Source of the DNA: Macrostomum lignano
Taxonomy: Eukaryota
Reading direction: 5' to 3'
Length of the DNA stretch: 64,000 bases
Assembly (NCBI GenBank): GCA_002269645.1
Contig: NIVC01000353.1
Span: 1-64,000, forward strand
Below are positions 34,501 to 45,900 of the stretch, piece after piece. A program made the translations under genes and the position numbers. The notes beneath the pieces are model-generated. The model searched no databases. It worked only from the letters and a program-made list of their open reading frames with translations, and was not told where the DNA came from. How positions within the stretch are numbered: the first letter of the stretch is position 1; each line of letters starts with the position of its first letter.

Positions 34501-37500
34501 CATTCACTACTTGCTCCTCACTCATTCACTTATAACTCCTCACTCATTCACTCCTCACTCATTCACTCCACAACTCATTCACACCTCCCACAATCACTCC
34601 TCATTCACTCACGCCTCACTCAGTTGAGTATTAACTAACCGCTGCCAAGTTACAAAAAACATCTTTAACGCACCTGGTGGCATTGACGTACTCCAGACTG
34701 CCAGTAACATTCAGTTTATTTCTACCCGTCTCCAGGTGACACTGCGACTCGGGAAACGGTTCGATAATGCCGCCAAACCGGCCGTCGCCAGCCATGTGAA
34801 AGCCGCCATCAATAGCCAGCAGGACCACTTTGCGAGAATTCGATCGCCAACCAATTTGTGAGCGGCAGATCACCGCCTGCAGTAGGGCGTCTAGGGAGCC
34901 TTCGGGAGCGTCCAGGTTGGCCGAGATGGTCTTGGCCGCTGTGACCTAATGTGGGTATAAAAAGGCACAAATGAAGGGTACAAATAAAGGTTAAAGAGTC
35001 GGGGGAAAGGTAGCACAGGTACAAATAAAGGTTAAAGAGTCGGGGGAAAGGTAGCACAGGTACAAATGAAGGCTAAAGAGTCTGGCAAAGGTAGCACAGG
35101 TACAAATGAAGGTTAAAGAGTCAGGCAAAGGTGGCACCGGTACAAATGAAGGTTAAATAGCCGGGCAAAGGTAGCTTCGGTACAAATAAAGGTTAAAGAG
35201 TCGGGGGAAAGGTAGCACAGGTACAAATGAAGGTTAAAGAGTCTGGCAAAGGTAGCACCGGTACAAATAAAGGTTAAAGAGTCGGGGAAGGGTAGCACAG
35301 GTACAAATGAAGGTTAAAGAGTCGGGGGAAAGGTAGCACCGGTACAAATGAAGGTTAAAGAGTCTGGAAAAGGTAGCACCGGTACAAATGAAGGTTAAAG
35401 AGTCTGGCAAGGGTAGCACCGGTACAAATGAAGGTTAAAGAGTCGGGCAAAGGTAGCACCGGTACAAATAAAGGTTAAAGAGTCGGGGAAGGGTAGCACA
35501 GGTACAAATGAAGGTTAAAGAGTCGGGGGAAAGGTAGCACCGGTACAAATGAAGGTTAAAGAGTCTGGCAAAGGTAGCACCGGTACAAATGAAGGTTAAA
35601 GAGTCTGGCAAAGGTAGCACCGGTACAAATAAAGGTTAAAGAGTCGGGGAAGGGTAGCACAGGTACAAATGAAGGTTAAAGAGTCGGGGGAAAGGTAGCA
35701 CCGGTACAAATGAAGGTTAAAGAGTCGGGCAAAGGTAGCACCGGTACAAATGAAGGTTAAAGAGTCGGGCAAAGGTAGCACCGGTACAAATGAAGGTTAA
35801 AGAGTCGGGCAAAGGTAGCAGCGGTACAAATGAAGGTTAAAGAGTCGGGCAAAGGTAGCACCGGTACAAAAGAAGGTTAAAGAGTCGGGCAAAGGTAGCA
35901 CCTGTACAAATGAAGGTTAAAGAGTCGGAAAAGGGCAGCACCGGTACAAAGGTCACAAAGTCAGAGCGCGTCGTAATTAGGGTAAGTAGAGTACAAATAA
36001 AGGTTAAATTATCGAGCGACGGTACAAATGAAAGTTAAAAGTATGGGAGGGTAGCATAGCATTTATATAGCTCATCCAAAGGTAATAACGCTACATATCG
36101 GTATATAATAAGGTGAAGATTTACTTCTTTAAGCTCGGCGACATTCTGGCTCAAATCCATAGCGTGAATATAGCTGAAGGTGTCGATACAACGTTCGCCG
36201 AAGCCCAAAGAGTCGCAGGGCGCAGCAGACGGATTCGGCTGCACGTAGGGGAACACTGGCTTGTCGACAAAGAATCCGACCCCGATACGCCAGTTGCGAG
36301 TCAGCTCGCCCAGAGTCTGCTGAATCTTCTCGGACATGTTGGCTACGGACTGTAGAAAGTCTCGCATACTGTGACTCTTGTCGGACAGGATGTACATGTC
36401 CACCGGGTAGTTTTCGGCTTGCTTAAATTCGAACTCCAGTTGGATTGAATGATGAGTTCGGGCCCATACGCTCACGTTTTGAGGCTTGATTTGGTTGCTA
36501 TCGCTCAGCGGGTTGTCGAGCATGATCTGGGAATGTGCAGAAGGACAGGGGTGATAAATCTTCATTTGCGAGCTTCTGGCCCTTATCTAGAGTTCTGCCG
36601 TAGCTATAGAAACGGCTATGGGAAGTTACGGATATGGTTATGGGAACATAACTGAATGAATATAGCTACATAAATGCAATCCCCGAGAGATTGTTCTAGT
36701 ACAATAAATAAGTGAGACTTTATTTAAGATTATTTATTTACTTTCTCACGATATTATAGTGCATGATGGAAGAACATTTGCTATTGCCATTGAACAGTTG
36801 CCTTCTGTAAGTGGGGCTGTGGGATGCAGTGTGGGGGCTCAGTCAGACATGCTCTGATGATGTACTCCGTGCCTTGGAGCCCCAGATTAATGTGGCTCAG
36901 AATCGAAGACGGCGACTTTGGTGCGAGAGTGCGACGCGACGGGTTGTGACCCACTATATAGGGCTGGGTGTGACCGGATTAAGGAGCCACGTGTGACAGG
37001 CTGTGACCCATTATTAAGGGCCAGGTGTGACAGATTGTGACTCACTAAAGGAGCCAGGAGTGAAAAGTTGTGACTCACCATGAGGAGCCAGGCGGAATAG
37101 TTGTGATCCAGGGATCCAGGACCCAGGGTTGAGAGGTTGTGATCAACTTTTAAGGGCCAGGTGTGACCGGGTTGTGATCGACTATTAAGGGCCAGGTGTG
37201 ACCCACTATAAAAAGCTAGATGTGACAGGTTGTGACTCAATAAAGAGCCAGATTTGACAGGTTGTGACCCAATAAGGACCCGGATGTGACAGGTTGTAAC
37301 CCAATAAGGAGCCAGATGTGACAGGTTGTGACTCAATAAAGAGCCAGATGTGACAGGTTGTGACCCATTATAAAGAGCCAGATGTGACAGGTTGTGACCC
37401 ACTATAAATAGCCAGGTGTGACAGGTTGTGACTCAATACGAGCCAGATGTGACAGGTTGTGACCCACTATAAATAGCCAGGTGTGACAGGTTGTGACCCA

Positions 37501-37990
37501 CTATAAAGACTAAAGAGCCAGATGTGACAGGTTGTGACTCAATAAGGAGCCAGATGTGACAGATTGTGACTCAATAAAGAGCCAGATGTGACAGGTTGTG
37601 GTCCTATATAGAGCCGGATGTGATTGGGTTGCAAGTCTGCATGAAGACCATTGATCCGTATCCATCTATAATTGACCAATAAAGACAGTCTAAGGCTACC
37701 AAGATTGAGTAAAAGTACATTTCTTCCCTCACCTCAGCGCGACTAACTGGCGACTCCATGAGAATGCAGCCGCGGTCCCTAAGCTCGGCCTTAGTGCCGC
37801 ACCTGTGCTGAGGCCCAATGCGACTGTCATCAAATGATTCGTCTGTGCACCAGGCGCAGGAGCTGTGCAATTTGATGCAGGCCGAACAGCTGGTTGGCGG
37901 AATGCCCACAGAGCAGGGCGAGATGGAGGACACTATAGTGACAGTGGCAGAGCATAGCAGTGCCAGAAATAGTGATTTGGGAAGTAGCAT
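28540..37990 (-). CDS. Integrin beta subunit, 818 aa, 6 coding exons
   Basis: Exons (minus strand) 37990-37733, 36526-36125, 34945-34674, 31348-30842, 30079-29465 and 28942-28540; all GT-AG with matching phases, 2457 nt. Signal peptide; PSI domain (CSACIKLHSSCAWC); beta-I domain with MIDAS DKSHS, GFFVDKP, NLDAPEG and DYPSIGQ; four Cys-rich I-EGF modules; beta-tail; TM helix; cytoplasmic tail KALITISDRREFAKF with NPVY and NPVF motifs. Not assignable to a vertebrate paralog by eye. Confidence 0.95.
29000..29420. repeat. Degenerate about 20-bp repeat (TCTAGATTCTCTCTAATCTCA-like) in integrin intron 5
   Basis: Repeated CTAGATTCTCT/AATCTCAT motifs, with the best copies at 29265-29350. Confidence 0.7.
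30135..30732. repeat. CT-rich (polypyrimidine/polypurine) low-complexity repeat in integrin intron 4
   Basis: Almost only C/T on the plus strand, with semi-periodic TCTCATCTCCTTTCTCTTCTCCC. Confidence 0.9.
31707..31995. repeat. Diverged 144-bp tandem duplication in integrin intron 3
   Basis: TTCAACAGATGACACCAG(G/A)TGACTATG at 31707 and 31851; the downstream CCTCAAC..ATCCTCAGCT..AGCATTC.GTCATCAC motif is also duplicated. Confidence 0.65.
32077..33329. mobile_element. 1253-bp non-autonomous DNA transposon with 35-bp TIRs and a 2-bp TSD
   Basis: Left TIR CCCGTGTGGCCATCCGATCAGGTTTTTCGCCCGGT (32077-32111) versus right 33295-33329, 34/35 identical. Flanked by AT/AT (or TA/TA if the TIR is extended by one base). 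No transposase ORF. Confidence 0.85.
33386..34620. repeat. (CACT)n-derived compound microsatellite in integrin intron 3
   Basis: CTCACTCACTCACTTCTCACTC variants over 1.2 kb. Source of the spurious LLTHSL ORFs. Confidence 0.95.
34965..35950. repeat. 40/41-bp minisatellite (GGTACAAATGAAGGTTAAAGAGTCGGGCAAAGGTAGCACC), about 24 copies, in integrin intron 2
   Basis: Period 40 at 35701-35900. Begins about 20 nt from the exon 3 acceptor. Confidence 0.95.
36980..37625. repeat. 32-34-bp minisatellite (GAGCCAGATGTGACAGGTTGTGACTCAATAAA) in integrin intron 1
   Basis: Period 32 at 37321/37353, degenerating leftwards. Confidence 0.9.
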
Positions 37991-38310
37991 GATTGTTTTT
38001 AGTAGCTGGAAAAGTTTATGAATCATTTTTAAATTAGTTTTTTCTACTTTTATTTTACAAAACGTTTGGGAGATGGAATTTTTTTGTTTTTGTTGTCAAA
38101 TTTATTTTTTTTATTTTTAGTAATTTTTATTTAAATACATTTTTTATTTTCTTAATAATTTGATTAAGTCAGGAACATTTAAAACATGGAAACTTCGAAC
38201 TCACAACAAATTTTTCACACACTCAATTTAAAAATCCCCGACGCCACTCTTCTATAGTCCCTAAAAACAAAATTACCACTATAAAAATTATATACAGTGA
38301 TAATAATATA

Positions 38311-38460
38311 GAAGAGGGGTTTAGCCTGACTGAAGCCCAGTTGTTATTTGTGTCCTTTAGCAGTGACACTGAACTCTGCATTGGTTCAGTTCAACCAGCT
38401 GCAAAATGGGTGCCAGCTGGGTAACTGAGGATGTGTGTGGCAACCCCCCCCCCCCCCTAG
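38311..38460 (+). mobile_element. Degenerate SINE remnant with a Meta-domain-like core
   Basis: TGTGTCCTTTAGCAGTGACACTGAACTC...CAACCAGCTGCAAAATGGGTGCC resembles, from memory, the core of metazoan tRNA-derived SINEs (GTGTCCTTG.GCAAG.CACT...CACCCAG.TG.AAATGGGTACC). Pol III boxes are not clearly preserved. Confidence 0.35.
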
Positions 38461-39087
38461 TCCTTGGACTGAACAGCTATACAACCTTCAGACATGCTGT
38501 GCAATAGCTGTAGCAGAGCTGTCGGTTGCACATCTATCTATTAGGACAGGTATAATTAATCAGGTACTAATATTAATATTACACATAAATGTTCAACTCC
38601 CAAATTTTACATAATCTATGCAACATTGCTTTTCACAAAAATATGACATAACTATATCAAAAGAGCCTTTTGGCAATAGCTTCCCTTGTTTTCTCTCAGT
38701 TTTACAGGTTTTTCTATTGATTAATTCATTTCTTTTTTCATTTTTTGTCATGTGTATCTTTCTTTAATTTATTGGGGGCTTTGTTGATTGATCTAGCAAT
38801 ATACCTACCTTGACTGAGTGTTATGCAATAAATGCCTTAAAATAACTTTTGTTAGTTAAATTTTCAATTTTTTTCCTAAAAATATAAATGTAGAATGATA
38901 TAAATGGTTAATATATTATAAAAATTTAAAGTTTCAAGCAAGCTATACTCCACCCTTTGGCTTTGTGGTTTATTTAAAACTGGTCATTTTTTATTTTTTG
39001 TCTACTACATGTTAACTAGACTTTAAAATTAAATGGCATCTAACTAAAAAACAGGTTGTCACTTTGGTATCTGGGTAAACATTCAAT

Positions 39088-39610
39088 AAACATTCAATGA
39101 AACAACAAAACATCCGCAACATGAAAGCTGAGGAAAGAACCATTAAAAGTTATTCAACATTGTCCTGAAGCTTCACCACATAGTCACCACTGTGCTGCAC
39201 ACTTCTGCCATTGGCTGTGCATGTTGTCAATGTTGTCAATCAGCAAAATCTGAGCGTGGCATCTCATGAAGGAGAATTTGGCGAGTCAATGCTTCCAAGC
39301 TCCCATGACAAGCAAAGATTTGTCCATGCAGCAGCTTCTTCCTCTTTGGAAAGAAGGCAAAGTCAGCTGTTTACAAATCCAGAGAGTAGGGTGGCAGTGA
39401 GAGCAGCACAGATTTTGCCTGCTTGATCGTCTCCTCTGTTTTCTTGGCCATGTGGGACGTGCGCTGTTGAAATGCACAGCCGATGGCAGAAGTGTGCAGC
39501 GCACCCAGTGGTGACAATGTGGAGAAGCCTCAGGACAATGTTGATTAACTTTTAACTGTTCTTTCCTCAGCTTTCATGTTGCGGATGTTTTGTTGATTTG
39601 TTGAATGTTT
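39088..39610. repeat. Foldback element: about 135-bp inverted repeat arms with a 250-bp spacer
   Basis: Left arm 39088-39222 (AAACATTCAA..CAACAAAACATCCGCAACATGAAAGCTGAGGAAAGAAC..GGCTGTGCAT) is the reverse complement of right arm 39472-39610 at roughly 85-90% identity. Confidence 0.85.
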
Positions 39611-41039
39611 CATTGTTTCATGCATCAGGTACAAAGCTTTGGTCTATGGCAATTTGTAAAAGTAGCACAGGGGGTGGGGCAGAAAAGTGCTCATATCTCA
39701 AGAATGCCAGCAGATACAGAAATAAACAGAAAGTCATTTTAACGGGCAGATAATTCTCTTTTTAACTGCAATAGACTTAATATTTCTGATTAGTCAGAAA
39801 AGGCTATATTGAAGAAAGTGAACTGACTTTTGGGACACCCCTTGTAATAAATGCAAGTCTACGAGACTCATAAATGCAAAACTTTTGGGCCTTGTAATAC
39901 ATGTGAATATATTGTGATTATGGCTTTTTTGACTGTTGCTTTTCTGATTGTCACTTTTTATCTATTGCCTTTTCACTCTCCTAAGGATGCTATTTTCTCA
40001 ATGAATTTGTGACATGCATGAGGGTTTTTGGCCCTTGCACCGCCTACATTACCATATATAGTAAGACTTCATATGCAATAGACAAAAATTTTTTGGCATA
40101 TAGCATGTGCAAAATGGATTTGGAAATAAAACAGATTTGGATTTGGCTACACTGTGGAAATTTGTAATTGGTAATGTCTTAATTTAAATTATTTTTTTCA
40201 ATATTTTAATTATGAAATTTTAGTTAAATAACTACAATATAATATATTTTGTTATAATTATAACTTGGCAACAAAATAAAAGATAGAGAAAAGTAATCCA
40301 ATCTGTGAAAAAGAATTCAATTTGTTTAAACAGGCTTTGCTGCATTGCGTAAGCATATAAGCAAAGTGCTCTTTAAAACATAAGCACATTTTTGCTTTTA
40401 ACCTCCTCTCCCCTAGTCACCACTTTGCATGCAGCACACAGTGCAAATGAAACCCTTGGAATGTAGCATGCAGAGTCAAAATTTTTTGTGGCATGCATGA
40501 AACATCTTTGGGACTATGGTTGCTTTTTTGACCTATTATAGAATATAGTAGGTACTTTTGTCTATGTCCTTTTAGTGTGTTCATACAAAGTTACTTAGTC
40601 TTGGAGATATGGCAGCCTGAATACACTATTTAATTTGAATTAAATAGGCCCTAAGATTTAAAATGCTAAGAAAATGTCAACTGACTAAGATAATGAAGTA
40701 GCTAAAATTCTATTATATACTGTATGTTACATATTTCACGCATGTAATTCTGCCTTTTCTTTTTAGTGTATTTGTAAACTTCTAAATTAATACTATGCAC
40801 TAAATATGTACGCCTACATCTTTTATTTTGCCTTAACAAAGAATACAGTAAGAAAATATTGTTATAATGTATCTGCCATTTTTATAAAGTTTCCTATATA
40901 AGCAAAAAATATATGTTAGAAAAGATAACTTGTGTTTGCTTGGTTTGCCACTTGGCTCCAATACTCCTATCCTGTTCTCAAGCATTAGAAGAACAGTTGT
41001 GCTAAAAATAGAATTTAGTATTTGTCAATCTTCCTTTCT

Positions 41040-41536
41040 TATTCAGAGGAGCGTACAGTAGAGACGCACAGCCACTCCTTTCCCTTCTCCCCCGCGAGCG
41101 TTTCCCCAAGACAAGAAGAATCGGCCTTGCATCCCAACCCCTCCCTGATCTTCCCCAGACATAACAACTGTCAAGTCACTGCTCGCCCCGACTAATTGTC
41201 CCTTAGTATTAGAAGTTCTATTCCCGCTACTTAATTCCTAATGAAGCAACCTGCCATTTATGCCAGCATTCACTAATAACCACTAGAATTCCCCATTAGC
41301 ATGCCAAGCAACTCTTATCCATCGCGAAACCCTTATCTCCCCCCATTTATATTTCCCCAGACTGAGTAGAAAATTGTGTCTTGCTGCTCAGACACATCAT
41401 GTTACCAGGAGCAACCTAAGGCTTACTCCTGTTAGTAGAATAAATTGCATTTTCCTCCCCAAATCCTAAGAAACGCTCAGAAAATCCCCAGTAACCCCTG
41501 ACCCCCTTACAACAAATTTGGTGTCAGCAATAGGAT
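41040..41536 (+). mobile_element. Possible LTR remnant followed by a tRNA-Leu-type primer binding site
   Basis: TGGTGTCAGCAATAGGAT (41519-41536) lies a few nt after ...TTACAACA, with an AATAAA about 75 nt upstream. No gag/pol or second LTR found; the left boundary is a guess. Confidence 0.3.
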
Positions 41537-42974
41537 AAACTTCCCTCCCCCACAACCCCTGTAACAATAAGGAATCAAGTGCCAGGGAATTATATAAATG
41601 AAATTTCAAAGAATATAGCCATGATCTTCCAATCTTATAAATATCTAGGATTGGAGATAACATAACAAATACTGCTTTAGCTAGGCTATAAAAGATTAGA
41701 CACAGGCCTAACTGAACCTTCTGTTGATCATATCATTCACAATACTCAATAGGCCTTAGGCCTACTCAAAGTCAAAACTTTTGGGCCTAGAGAAATAGTT
41801 TCTAATCCAATGATTGAACACTAGCCTATTCTGATTGACAAGTAGTAGAACACTTTAGTTTGCTGCAGAAAAATACTAGCATAGCATAGAATAATACATT
41901 AATACAGCATAATGCCATGGCATAATGGTGTTTAAGTTTTTCTCTTGAATGTTGCGTTTCTATTATTATATTCTACTATTAGAATCTCTACACAGAAAAA
42001 ATATAATTATAAGCAAAAGTAGTATAGCTGTTATTTCACAGTATAAAAATACACTAACTGCATTAGGTAGGCTGCTTAGCTTTTCAATTGCGCAGTAGGA
42101 ATGTAAGTATATAGCTGTAATAACTGTAATTAACCGATTGTCAGGGTCTGGTCTAATAGATTTTCTAAGATAACGACAATTTCCAAATTAGGATTTTGTG
42201 TATTTAAACAAGTAAGTATAACTGGTTGTTTTTAAGCTTGTAATACAATTATACTAACAATATTTTTTACAAAGGTTTTACTTTTAAATAATAAATGCTT
42301 AACTTTAAGAGTCGTAATGTGGTGCATCCAACGTTTCGTCTGACAAATTTAACATGAAAAAGCAGACTTTATTTAGTTAAATAAATTTTCCAGCCAACAG
42401 CTGCAAAAAAACTGTATTTTCAAGGAAATTTTAGGAAGATAATTCTAACGCTGGAAGTATTTTGATTTTACTGAGAATCACAGGTATACGGAGACTATAC
42501 AAAGATTAAAGAGCCTAAAATATTTTATTAAGTAAATGGAGTTATTTAACCAATTTTGTACAGATAATGTATCTTTGGACGTATCGTAAAATACTGCCAT
42601 TTAGTGGAATTTTTATCCAACTAAGCTCCATAAGCTTATGGAGATAGTAATTTATTTTTATAACATGTTGCTCGCTTTCCTATACAACTTTATTTGCTTA
42701 GTTAGGATACTTATTGTTTTAAGCTTTTTTAGTCTGAAACATTTAGCATCTAAATGGATTTAAAATGTATACTGCATACTGTATATGTCTCTTAGCTTAA
42801 ATACTGCTTTGTAAATATCTTATCAATGTATTATTATACATATGTTGTTTTTTGTTTCATTCATAAATTTCTAAAATATTTTTCGAAATTGGTATCGAAG
42901 GTTTATATTATAATGCATGACCAAGCGGCCAAAAGCCTGAAGCATTGATAAAAACAGTATAAGCTACAGGCACC

Positions 42975-45900
42975 ATGGCTGTCTCATTGCCAGTAACCTT
43001 CGAGCCTCAATCAGCCATGAGTCTCAGCAGCTTGGTAACATCCATCGAATATAAAACTGGCGCTCTCTACGATGGTGACGTTAGCGATCAGGCCAAGCAG
43101 GGAACCGGGGTTTTCACTTGGCCTAATGGTGACACGTACTCCGGCGAGTTTTCCAATGACAAGAGAAATGGCAAAGGTATTCTGGTATTCTGGGTCGGAA
43201 TGTTTGATTGTTATTTCATTGTTTTGACTGATTGTTAAAACGTAAACAACTTCAGGTGAACAAGTTTGGTACGATGGAGACCGCTACAATGGCGAATATG
43301 TCGACGACATGAGACACGGATTCGGCGAATACACCTGGAATAACGGAGAGGTAAGAATTAAAACTGACAGTGCGAGATAATTACTCAATTAAAAAATATA
43401 GACTACTAAATCGGATTGACAGCAAAAGAAGAAAAAAGCTTTTTGCTCCCAGCCTTGCACACTAGTCACAGGGACCTCCAATCTGCACCTCTGTAGCTGG
43501 CGCCCCTCTGTAGCTGGCATCCCCCTCTGTAGCTGGTACCATTTAGAACATTTAGAACATTCATATTTAGCATATCGTATTTAGTGCAGTCTTTCGCGTA
43601 GAAAAGATCGATGGGCAATTCTCGTCCACCGAAATTTAGAAAATTGTTTAAAATTATAATTTTTATCTCCATGCAGCGCTACATCGGTCAGTTCTACAAA
43701 GACCACCGGCACGGGCCGGGTCAGTACACCTGGGCAGATGGCAGTAGTTTCGTCGGTACCTACTACATGGATCGCAAAGAAGGCTACGGAACGTTTTTCT
43801 ACGCCAATGGCGACAAATTCGATGGTCTCTACCAAGCTGACGAGCGCGAAGGCCCCGGCGTGATGACTTATGCCGATGGTAGCCAGGACGTCGGACTGTG
43901 GCATCGAGAGCGACTATCCAGACTGCTGACTGAGGTTCCTGACACGTTCAGCCTGGGCAACCACCCAGAGCTCGACTACGATCCCAGCCGTGGCAAAGTT
44001 CAACTGCCTGCCGAGGGTCGACCGGATCCGCAGCTCGACGCCTTCCTAGAGGCGATCGTCAATCCACCACCCGAGTGGACGTACGACCCGGCCGCTGCGC
44101 AGCGCGTCAAGTCACGTCTGGACGGCGAAGTGCTCACTGGCAGCCGACCGGACAGCGCTGCTTTTAACAGAAAGGACTCCGACGTGAACTTTCGACGCTC
44201 GGCTGGTCTACGGGAAGACGCCGAGCACACGGATGAGGCTGACGCGGCCGGGAAGGAGACTCCGGCGGCGGAAACTGAGCAGCAGGATGCCTCATCTTTG
44301 CCACCGTCGAGCAATCAGTCTCCAACGCATCAGCAGCATCAACACAGGGCGTCACCGAAAAAGGCAGGCGGTAGCAGCCCTAGCAGGTGAGGAGGATGCT
44401 GATAAATTTGGTTTGATTTGGTTTGGTTTTGTTTGATAGAATCACTCGTGAGGCTTCTGACTTGATTTTCAAGCAAGGGAGAAGCTAACGAGATCGAAGA
44501 AATATTATCTTTTTGTGTCCTCCGCCACAGGAGTCCGAAGCGCGGCTCGCCCAGTCGGAGGCCGCAGCCGACCGTTAAGCCGGCGAAGCGAGGCGGCCGC
44601 TCCACTGTTGAAACGCCCAACGAGTCGTCGAACAGCCCAACGGCCGACGCGGAAGCCGCAGCCAAGAAGTCTCAAACAGTGGACGCTTGGAATCCTACAC
44701 CGGCCAGCGTGGCGATGCAACTCCACGTGATTCGGTTTCGACAGTTGCAGTCACGAGCCGGATTCGATGTGGATGCAGTTCTACGAGCCGATCGGAGTGG
44801 CTTTTGCCAACAGGTACAAAATATTTTTAATGGGCAAACTTTTAAACGTTGACCTACTTGATTTTTGGATAAAGGCTATGCCAACCGCAGCCGAAAGTAA
44901 AACTGAAAAACTGCAAACTGCACTGTAGTCGATAATTTGCTTGAAAAGGTGGATAGAAACCCTGAGACATTTCATCCAGATCCCTCTTAGAATCCCAGGA
45001 GAATTTTCTATTACAGTTGGTCTGCCTCAGCTCAACTCTAGAGCATTCATTTATGAGTAGCTTGCACACATTCGACGCATCCCCAGACTTTGATTCTGTG
45101 CGCGGCCTTATTCATTTGGGGCTTGTGCGCAAAAATTCGCCGGCGTGTAGTCGTGCGTCCCTACTTACAGTACCCACCCACGTATAGGTGCACAACGGAA
45201 CAGACAGAATTGCGTCAGCGCTGGTTGTAGGACAATGTCACTGAAAGCGTTGCACCAGGGTACCTAAAACCCTGAATATTTATTCTTGGCATAGTTTAAG
45301 AAACTTACTTTGCGGAGCCTCAGAGAATTCCATTGCATAGCTAATATAATTCGCAACACCAGGGCCCATTGGAGCGTCGCTCGGTAGAGCTGATCGAAGC
45401 CGCCAAGTCTGGCGACCTCGCTGCGGTGCGCGGCTTATTGTCCAGCGGCGACGTCGATCCCAATGTGTCTGACAGTCTGGGCAAAACTCCACTTCTCTGC
45501 GCCAGCGTCAACTGGCACCGACAGGTGGTCGATTACCTGCTGGACGCCGGTGCGGACGTCAATCGGCTTAGCGACGAAGGCGTCTCCTGTTTAGCTGCTT
45601 GCTTCGTTCACTACTATCCGAGCGACAAGTTTCAGCGGAACATTGCTGAGAGTCCGGTAAGAAGCATGTTTTCGTGCAAGTTATGTCTATAGTCATGGGA
45701 ATGTCGAGAAATCAACAATTGCTTTCCTGGAAACTAACTATACCGCTAACTTGAACTTAAATTTCTGCCAAACGAGCGAATTTCGTTGCATTTTTTCGAG
45801 TTTTTTAACACCAAATTGGCAACATTTCCTTTTGAAATTAAAAAAGACCAGTTTGTTTTGTCGGAGATTTTCAAGTCGGAAGATTTGGAGGGGAGATGTT

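Noticed and set aside
33851-37402. ORFs in the CACT, 40-bp and 32-bp intronic repeats
   Set aside because: They are periodic translations of minisatellites inside integrin introns.
38026-38026. Integrin start at the upstream ATG (MIHKLFQLLKTI)
   Set aside because: An acceptor-like TTTTCCAG lies between it and ATG 37990, and MLLPKSLFLALLC begins a better signal peptide. Not fully excluded.
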